From positions 3,616,001-3,680,000 of the forward strand of contig OZ245842.1 in NCBI GenBank assembly GCA_965228895.1: a stretch of DNA of 64,000 nt, written 5' to 3'. The notes below the pieces were generated by a model. It ran no database searches. It was not told the DNA's origin and saw nothing but the letters and a program-made list of their open reading frames with translations. The stretch is from Alphaproteobacteria bacterium. Lineage in GTDB: Bacteria > Pseudomonadota > Alphaproteobacteria > SP197. Position numbers and translations under genes: made by a program. Below, piece by piece: positions 58,165 to 64,000 of this stretch; position 1 is the stretch's first letter, and each line of letters starts with the position of its first letter.

Positions 58165-60197
58165 ACCCCCACCTCAATCGCGAGATTGCCCATGGCGTCG
58201 ACACTGACCTCGGCGCCGGGGTCAATCACCGTTGTGCAGTCGAGCTGCTCGACAATGGCAGGTCCGGCGAACCGCGCGTCGCGCGGCAGGTGTTTACGGC
58301 GATAAACGGGTGTTGCTGCCCAGCCGCCGGGAAACCAGACATCACGTGTTCCCGTTTGCGCCTCGGCAAGCTTCGCTGCCTGTTCGGTCCCGGCGAGCGC
58401 TTCCAGATCGATTTCGGGCCGCCGGCCGATCGCCGCCGTACGCAGGTTGACCAGCACCGGCCGGATCTCCGGCAAGTCGACGGCGAAACGATCCCAATAG
58501 GCCGTGGCGAACTTCTCGGCCAGTTCTTCTGTTGTGACCTCCGGTCCGGATAGCTCAATCGACAACAGGTGCGTCTGTCCTTCGAACTGCATGTCCGCGA
58601 CATGCAGAAAGTCGACGCCGGTCACCTGTACGCCGTCATGCTCGATCATCGCCGCGCCGTCTTTGCGATGGGTGTCCAGAATGGCGCGCGCCTCCGCGAT
58701 ATCCAACGCCGCCAGCGGCGTGTTCAACGTGTTGGCGAAGTCATGACGTAGATCGGCGGTGATGCAACCCAACGCGTTGGTGATGCCGGGCCGAGTGGGA
58801 ATCAGCACGCGCGGAATGGCAAGCTCGCGCGCCAACGCCACCGCGTGCATCGGTCCGGCACCACCGAAGGCGAACAACGTGAAGTCGCGGGGGTCGTGCC
58901 CGCGCGCCAACGACACCATGCGGATCGCGCCGGCCATCAGATGGTTGGCGATCTGCACGATGGCGGCTGCTGCACCGTCCGCATCAAGGTCAAGCGGTCG
59001 ACCGATTGCCTCCAGGATCGCGGCCTTCACGTCGTCAACCGTCACCGGATTGTCGACGGCGAGCAATCCGTCGGGGTCCAAGCGGCCGAGCGCCAGGTTG
59101 GCGTCGGTGATGGTCGGATCCGTCCCACCCCGGCCGTAAGCAATGGGACCCGGCGCGGCGCCGGCGCTTTGCGGACCGACCTGCAACAGGCCGGCCGCGT
59201 CGATATGGGCGATCGAACCGCCGCCCGCGCCGATCGCGTTCACATCGACCATCGGGATATGCACCGGCATGGCATAGGTCAGTTCGATCTCGGCAGAGAC
59301 CTGGGGCACGCCGTCCATGACCAGGCCGACATCGGAGCTGGTGCCGCCCATGTCGTAGGTGATCACCCGGTCGAGCCCGGTGCTGCGTGCCACGGCGGCC
59401 GCCGCCATGACGCCGCTGGCCGGTCCCGACATCACCGTGTTGACCGCAGCACCGGATACGGCGCGCGCGGCCACACTGCCGCCGTTGCCCTGCATGACCA
59501 GCAGGTCGCGCCCGAAGCCGCGGGTGTTGAGCTCGTCCTGCAGGCGCTGCATATAGCGGTCGAGCACCGGCTGGACCGACGCGTTGACCGCCGCCGTCGT
59601 GCCGCGTTCGTACTCCCTGTACTCCGACAAGATGGCATGGCCGGCGGTGATGTAGCCGTTCGGCCAGACCTCAGCCGCGATCTCGGCGGCGCGCCGTTCG
59701 TGGGCGGGATTGCGGTAGCTGTGCAGGAAGTGAATGACCAGCGCCTCGCAGCCTTTGGCGACAAGCTCTTGCGCAGCGACCCTTACGGCATTCTCGTCGA
59801 GGGGCGTTAGCACCATGCCGTCCGCATCCATGCGCTCGGGCACCTCGAGCCGCAGGTCGCGCGGGATCAGGGGTTCGAAGCTGCCCTTCAGGCCATAGGG
59901 TTTGGGTCGCGTACGTCGGCCCAGTTCCAAGACATCGCGAAAACCCTGGGTCGTGATCAGGCCGACCCGCGCGATCTTGCGCTCCAGCAGCGCGTTGGTC
60001 GTCGTCGTGGTGCCGTGGCTGATATTCGCGAGTTTGGCGAGCGGGACATCGGCTGCTTCCAGTGCGGCCAGCACGCCGAAGGCCTGGTTGTCGACGGTGG
60101 TCGGCTGCTTGGCGACCCGAACGGCGCCGCTCGCCTGATCCAGCAGGATCAAGTCCGTAAACGTGCCGCCAACATCGATACCGGCCACCAGGTCCAT
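58161..60197 (-). CDS. Hydantoinase A/oxoprolinase family subunit
   Basis: IDVGGTFTD, HGTT..TNALL, SGPASG, DMGGTS and IGAGGGSI. Confidence 0.93.
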   Translation of the reverse strand: MDLVAGIDVGGTFTDLILLDQASGAVRVAKQPTTVDNQAFGVLAALEAADVPLAKLANISHGTTTTTNALLERKIARVGLITTQGFRDVLELGRRTRPKPYGLKGSFEPLIPRDLRLEVPERMDADGMVLTPLDENAVRVAAQELVAKGCEALVIHFLHSYRNPAHERRAAEIAAEVWPNGYITAGHAILSEYREYERGTTAAVNASVQPVLDRYMQRLQDELNTRGFGRDLLVMQGNGGSVAARAVSGAAVNTVMSGPASGVMAAAAVARSTGLDRVITYDMGGTSSDVGLVMDGVPQVSAEIELTYAMPVHIPMVDVNAIGAGGGSIAHIDAAGLLQVGPQSAGAAPGPIAYGRGGTDPTITDANLALGRLDPDGLLAVDNPVTVDDVKAAILEAIGRPLDLDADGAAAAIVQIANHLMAGAIRMVSLARGHDPRDFTLFAFGGAGPMHAVALARELAIPRVLIPTRPGITNALGCITADLRHDFANTLNTPLAALDIAEARAILDTHRKDGAAMIEHDGVQVTGVDFLHVADMQFEGQTHLLSIELSGPEVTTEELAEKFATAYWDRFAVDLPEIRPVLVNLRTAAIGRRPEIDLEALAGTEQAAKLAEAQTGTRDVWFPGGWAATPVYRRKHLPRDARFAGPAIVEQLDCTTVIDPGAEVSVDAMGNLAIEVGV

Positions 60198-60294
60198 GGC
60201 GCCCCTTTCCAAGGCAAAAAGAGAGGCGCCATGCCGGCGCCACAGGCCCTACGCTACAGCGCCCGCCGCACCGCGCAAAGCCCGGGCCTAGTCA

Positions 60295-60417
60295 CCCCTC
60301 ACCCCGGCCCACTCCCTCAAGGCGAGAGGGAGCTCGTCTTTGTTTCCCTCTCCCCTTGAGGGAGAGGGTTGTGCAGGCTTGGGCGCGGCAGCGCCTTAGC
60401 CGGAGCTGGGTGAGGGG
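60295..60417. repeat. CCCCTCACCC/GGGAGAGGG-type palindromic element (BoxC/RPE-like)
   Basis: CCCCTCACCCCGGCCCACTCCCTCAAGGCGAGAGGGA...TCCCTCTCCCCTTGAGGGAGAGGG...GGGTGAGGGG. Confidence 0.75.
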
Positions 60418-60499
60418 AAAATGGCCCAGCACTGGCGTAAAGCGGCCCGCACGGCTAGGTTCCGGCAAGAACGAACACGCGACGTCGGGGGGAAAGGCC

Positions 60500-62185
60500 A
60501 TGGCCGCAGGCGGTTGGGACGCGGAGTATGATTACGTCATCGTCGGTGCCGGTTCGGCGGGCTGCGTCATGGCGCGCCGGCTCTCCGAGGACAGCGACGT
60601 CAAGGTGCTGCTGCTCGAAGCAGGTCCCATGGATACGGGCTTCCAAAGCTGGAAGATCCATATGCCGACGGCGTTCGCCGAACCCATGCAGGACGATACC
60701 TATAACTGGTTCTATGAATCCGAGCCCGAGCCCTATCTGAACGGCCGGCGCATCCATTGTCCGCGCGGGCGCGTGTTGGGCGGCTCGTCCTCGATCAACG
60801 GCATGGTCTATATCCGCGGCCACGCGCTCGACTACGACAAGTGGGCGCAGATGGGCTGCCGCGGCTGGTCCTATCGCGAGACCCTGCCCTATTTCCGGCG
60901 CGCCGAGAGTTTCGATCAGGGTGGGAACGAGTTCCACGGCGGCGACGGCCCGCTTCACGTGACCTCCGGACGGGTCAACCGCAACCCGCTCTACGAAGCC
61001 TTCATTAAAGCGGGCGTCCAGGCCGGCTATGCCGAATCGAAGGACCTGAACGGTTTCCGCCAGGAAGGCATCGGCCGCATGGACCGCACGACCCACAAGG
61101 GCCGGCGCTGGAGTGCCGCGGTCGGTTTCCTGAAACCGGTCATGGACCGCCCCAACCTGACCGTCGAGGTCAAGGCGTTCACCAACCGGATTCTCTTTGA
61201 AGGCAAGGCCGCGACCGGCATCGAGTATGTGCGCGACGGCCAGGTAAGAAAAGTCCGCGCGACCCGCGAGGTGATCTCGTGCGGCGGCGCCATCAACTCG
61301 CCCCAGCTTCTGCAGCTCTCCGGCATCGGCAATGCCGATGAATTGCGCGGTCACGGCATCGACGTGGTGCACGACCTGCCGGGTGTCGGTGAGAACCTTC
61401 AGGATCACCTGGAGGTCTTCGTCCAGCACGAATGTACACAACCGATCAGCTTGCTGAACGCGCTCTCGCCCATCGGCAAAATGAAAGTCGGCGTCCGCTG
61501 GTTCCTGTTCAAGGACGGGCTCGCCGAAACCAACCACTTTGATGTCGGCGGTTTCATCCGCACCCGCCCGGGCATCGAACACCCGGACGTGCAGTATCAC
61601 TTCCTGCCCATGGCGATGACCTACGACGCCAAAAACATCAACAAGATCCATGGCTATCAGGCGATGGTCGACATGATGCGCCCGTTGAGCCGCGGCCACG
61701 TCAAGATCAGGAGCGCCGATCCGCGCCAGGCGCCGGAGATCCTGTTCAACTACCTGAAGGAAGAAGAGGACGTCCGCTGTCTGCGCGACGGCACGCGCCT
61801 GACCCGCGAGATCTTCGCCCAGAAGGCCTTCGACCCCTATCGCGGCAAGGAGCTGTGGCCAGGCGAGGACGCCCAGACCGACGCGGAACTTGACCAGTGG
61901 ATCCGCGATACCTCCGAGAGCAGCTACCACCCGTCCTGCGCCTGCAAGATGGGCTCCGACAACGACCCCATGGCCGTGGTCAGCCCCGAGCTCAAGGTCT
62001 ATGGCATCGACAACCTGCGCGTCGTCGATTCCTCGGTCATGCCCAACGTCGTCTCCGGCAACCTCAACGCGCCGACCATCATGATCGCCGAAAAGGCATC
62101 CGACATGGTACGCGGCAAGGCAATGCTTCCGCCATCCGATGCGCCGGTCTGGGTGCACCCGGACTGGGAAAAAGAGCAGCGTTAG
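60500..62185 (+). CDS. betA: Choline dehydrogenase (GMC oxidoreductase)
   Basis: IVGAGSAG, PRGRVLGGSSSINGMVY, GENLQDHLE, YHPSC.CKMG and GNLNAPTIMIAEK. Confidence 0.88.
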   Translation: MAAGGWDAEYDYVIVGAGSAGCVMARRLSEDSDVKVLLLEAGPMDTGFQSWKIHMPTAFAEPMQDDTYNWFYESEPEPYLNGRRIHCPRGRVLGGSSSINGMVYIRGHALDYDKWAQMGCRGWSYRETLPYFRRAESFDQGGNEFHGGDGPLHVTSGRVNRNPLYEAFIKAGVQAGYAESKDLNGFRQEGIGRMDRTTHKGRRWSAAVGFLKPVMDRPNLTVEVKAFTNRILFEGKAATGIEYVRDGQVRKVRATREVISCGGAINSPQLLQLSGIGNADELRGHGIDVVHDLPGVGENLQDHLEVFVQHECTQPISLLNALSPIGKMKVGVRWFLFKDGLAETNHFDVGGFIRTRPGIEHPDVQYHFLPMAMTYDAKNINKIHGYQAMVDMMRPLSRGHVKIRSADPRQAPEILFNYLKEEEDVRCLRDGTRLTREIFAQKAFDPYRGKELWPGEDAQTDAELDQWIRDTSESSYHPSCACKMGSDNDPMAVVSPELKVYGIDNLRVVDSSVMPNVVSGNLNAPTIMIAEKASDMVRGKAMLPPSDAPVWVHPDWEKEQR

Positions 62186-62274
62186 GGATGGCCGTTGATC
62201 TGTTCGCTGTCATGATCACGAACGACTGTGCTATGCACGAGGTGGGGGAAGCGCAACGCAGTGGAGTTTGATTT

Positions 62275-62757
62275 ATGAAGGGCGACAAGAAAGTCATCCA
62301 GCACCTCAACACGGTGTTGAAGAACGAACTCACGGCGATCAATCAGTACTTCCTGCATTCGCGCATGCTGAAGGACTGGGGCGTCGCCAAACTCGCCAAG
62401 CACGAATACGACGAATCCCTCGACGAAATGCGCCATGCCGACCAGTTGACCGAACGCATCCTGTTCCTGGAAGGTCTGCCGAACATGCAGGACCTCGGCA
62501 AACTCATGATCGGCGAGAACGTCGAGGAGATCCTGGCCTGCGATCTGAAACTCGAGAATATCGCCATACCCGACCTGCGCGAAGGCATCGCGCACTGCGA
62601 AAGCGTCGGCGACTACGCAACACGCGATCTCTTCAGCGAAATCCTGCGCTCAGAGGAAGAGCACGTCGACTGGCTGGAAGCCCAGGTCGACATGATCAAG
62701 ATGATGGGTATCGAAAACTACGTGCAGCTACAGAGCGGTGCGGCCGACGCTGGGTAG
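62275..62757 (+). CDS. bfr: Bacterioferritin
   Basis: [27 protein letters not shown] and EEEHVDWL. Confidence 0.97.
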   Translation: MKGDKKVIQHLNTVLKNELTAINQYFLHSRMLKDWGVAKLAKHEYDESLDEMRHADQLTERILFLEGLPNMQDLGKLMIGENVEEILACDLKLENIAIPDLREGIAHCESVGDYATRDLFSEILRSEEEHVDWLEAQVDMIKMMGIENYVQLQSGAADAG

Positions 62758-62822
62758 AGCGTCGAGCTAAACCGAGAGCCTAACAACCAAATGTAGATTT
62801 ATGGTGGGCCGGGACAGGTCGG

Positions 62823-63035
62823 TCAGGTACCCAGCTGCGATGGCGCCGCAGTCATCGCATCGGCGGGCGAATCGCTGTGGATGTCGTCAATCAGCATCTG
62901 GGCGAAGGCCAGGCATTGCCCGCAACGCGGCAGTCCGCCGAGCCGCTCATAGGCCGCGCGAGCACAGCGAACGCCGGACTGGGCAAGCCCGACGATTTCG
63001 TCTTCCCGATGGCCGTTGCAAAGACAAACGTACAT
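62823..63035 (-). CDS. bfd: Bacterioferritin-associated ferredoxin [2Fe-2S]
   Basis: MYVCLCNG...CGQC. GGAG RBS. Confidence 0.88.
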   Translation of the reverse strand: MYVCLCNGHREDEIVGLAQSGVRCARAAYERLGGLPRCGQCLAFAQMLIDDIHSDSPADAMTAAPSQLGT

Positions 63036-63068
63036 GTCTTTCTCCGTTGCCTCTCAATGTGGCAATGG

Positions 63069-63089
63069 TGAGAATGAATGTCAATCTCA
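63069..63089. promoter_or_regulatory. Fur-like iron box upstream of bfd
   Basis: TGAGAATGA-ATG-TCAATCTCA, a 9-3-9 inverted repeat with one mismatch. Confidence 0.6.
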
Positions 63090-63215
63090 TACCGCGTCGG
63101 GCTTGACCGCCCGAACGTCACCGGCATCTAGTGTGGCGGCATCGACACGACAAGACGAGGGAACCGCTCTCAATCGGGGGCGTGGTCGCGACAACAGGAC
63201 CTGGAGGGCGCGAAG

Positions 63216-64000
63216 ATGGCCATGGCTAAAGCTGACCTGGACTTTACCCGCAACGGCAAGCGCTCAACCTGGATTGCGGTGCCGGCCGGGCGCGGCAAGC
63301 CGCCCGTCCGTCTGCCGATCACCATCGTGCGCAACGGGCCGGGACCGGGCGTGCTGTTCACCGGCGGCAACCATGGCGACGAATACGAAGGTCCGATCGC
63401 GCTGATGAAGTTGATCCGCGAGCTCGAGGCCAAGGATCTGATCTGCGGCACCGTCGTCATCATGCCGATGATCAACCCTCCGGCGATCGCGGCGGGCACG
63501 CGGACGTCGCCGATCGACGGCAAGAACCTCAACCGCATGTTTCCGGGCAAGGCCCGCGGCACGGTGACCGAACGCATCGCGCATACGATCACGACCAAGA
63601 TCCTGCCCCATGTCGAGACGGTCTATGACCTGCATGCCGGCGGTGTGGCGTCCCAGATCATGCCCTCCGTCATGATCCATAAGCTGCGCAGCAAGCCTTT
63701 GATGGAACGCACCGTCGCCGCCATGAAGGCGTTCCGCGCGCCGGTCGGGATCCTGATCAAGGAGTTCGAGTCCGAAGGCATGCTCGACACGACGGTCGAG
63801 AAGATGGGCAAGGTCTTCGGCTGCTGCGAACTGGGCGGCGCCGGCATGTCGACGCCGGAGACCATCGATGTCACGGAGACCGGCATCCGCAACTTGCTTG
63901 TCCATCTCGGCATGCTGAAGGGCAAACTGAGAACCCCGGTGTGGATGGGCAAGCGCCAGACCCGCGTTTTGGAGGCGCTGAGCTACGGCTGCTACACCCA
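63216..64000 (+). CDS. Succinylglutamate desuccinylase/aspartoacylase family (DoeB-like), runs off the window edge
   Basis: Not in the ORF track. Hand translation gives GGNHGDEYEGP, NLNRMFPG, DLHAGG and ELGG. GGAGG RBS. Confidence 0.85.
   Translation, partial: MAMAKADLDFTRNGKRSTWIAVPAGRGKPPVRLPITIVRNGPGPGVLFTGGNHGDEYEGPIALMKLIRELEAKDLICGTVVIMPMINPPAIAAGTRTSPIDGKNLNRMFPGKARGTVTERIAHTITTKILPHVETVYDLHAGGVASQIMPSVMIHKLRSKPLMERTVAAMKAFRAPVGILIKEFESEGMLDTTVEKMGKVFGCCELGGAGMSTPETIDVTETGIRNLLVHLGMLKGKLRTPVWMGKRQTRVLEALSYGCYT

Noticed and set aside
4100-62158. Long antisense or alternate-frame ORFs (e.g. 4100-5227, 32464-34161, 37996-39480, 56449-58305, 60455-62158)
   Set aside because: These are shadow ORFs of well-supported genes, expected in high-GC DNA. 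They have no motifs or RBS.

Overview
This is 64 kb of GC-rich chromosomal DNA from a probably marine alphaproteobacterium. The taxonomic call rests on dmdA, ALA synthase hemA, a SAM-II riboswitch before metZ, a ROSE element before ibpA and RIME/Bru-RS-like repeats. I saw no rRNA, tRNA, CRISPR array, transposase or phage genes. There are about 65 CDS. Many act on methylated sulfur or nitrogen osmolytes and one-carbon units: DmdA, an MttB-family methyltransferase, a homocysteine S-methyltransferase, a DMG-dehydrogenase-like GcvT protein, BetA, MetZ and a DoeB/AspA-like deacylase. The rest include an RND pump, stress, iron and oxygen genes (ibpA, bfr/bfd, hemerythrin, hemA, OsmC fusion), two class III cyclases, dinB and several small regulator-plus-enzyme modules. 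Points worth follow-up: (i) an uncharacterised five-gene TetR operon with twin operators right after dmdA; (ii) a signal-peptide-bearing isoaspartyl methyltransferase coupled to an 808-aa membrane SAM-domain protein; (iii) a 53-aa 'YASPPCFLHELDP' micro-protein, absent from the ORF track, coupled to a FUSC gene; (iv) a riboswitch-like leader before a MarC gene; (v) three families of palindromic intergenic repeats, one with a flipped core and one showing covariation; (vi) two FNR/FixK boxes, an ECF promoter, an RpoH promoter and a Fur-like box; (vii) a frameshifted methyltransferase pseudogene. All family calls come from motif recognition by eye. No database searches were run.
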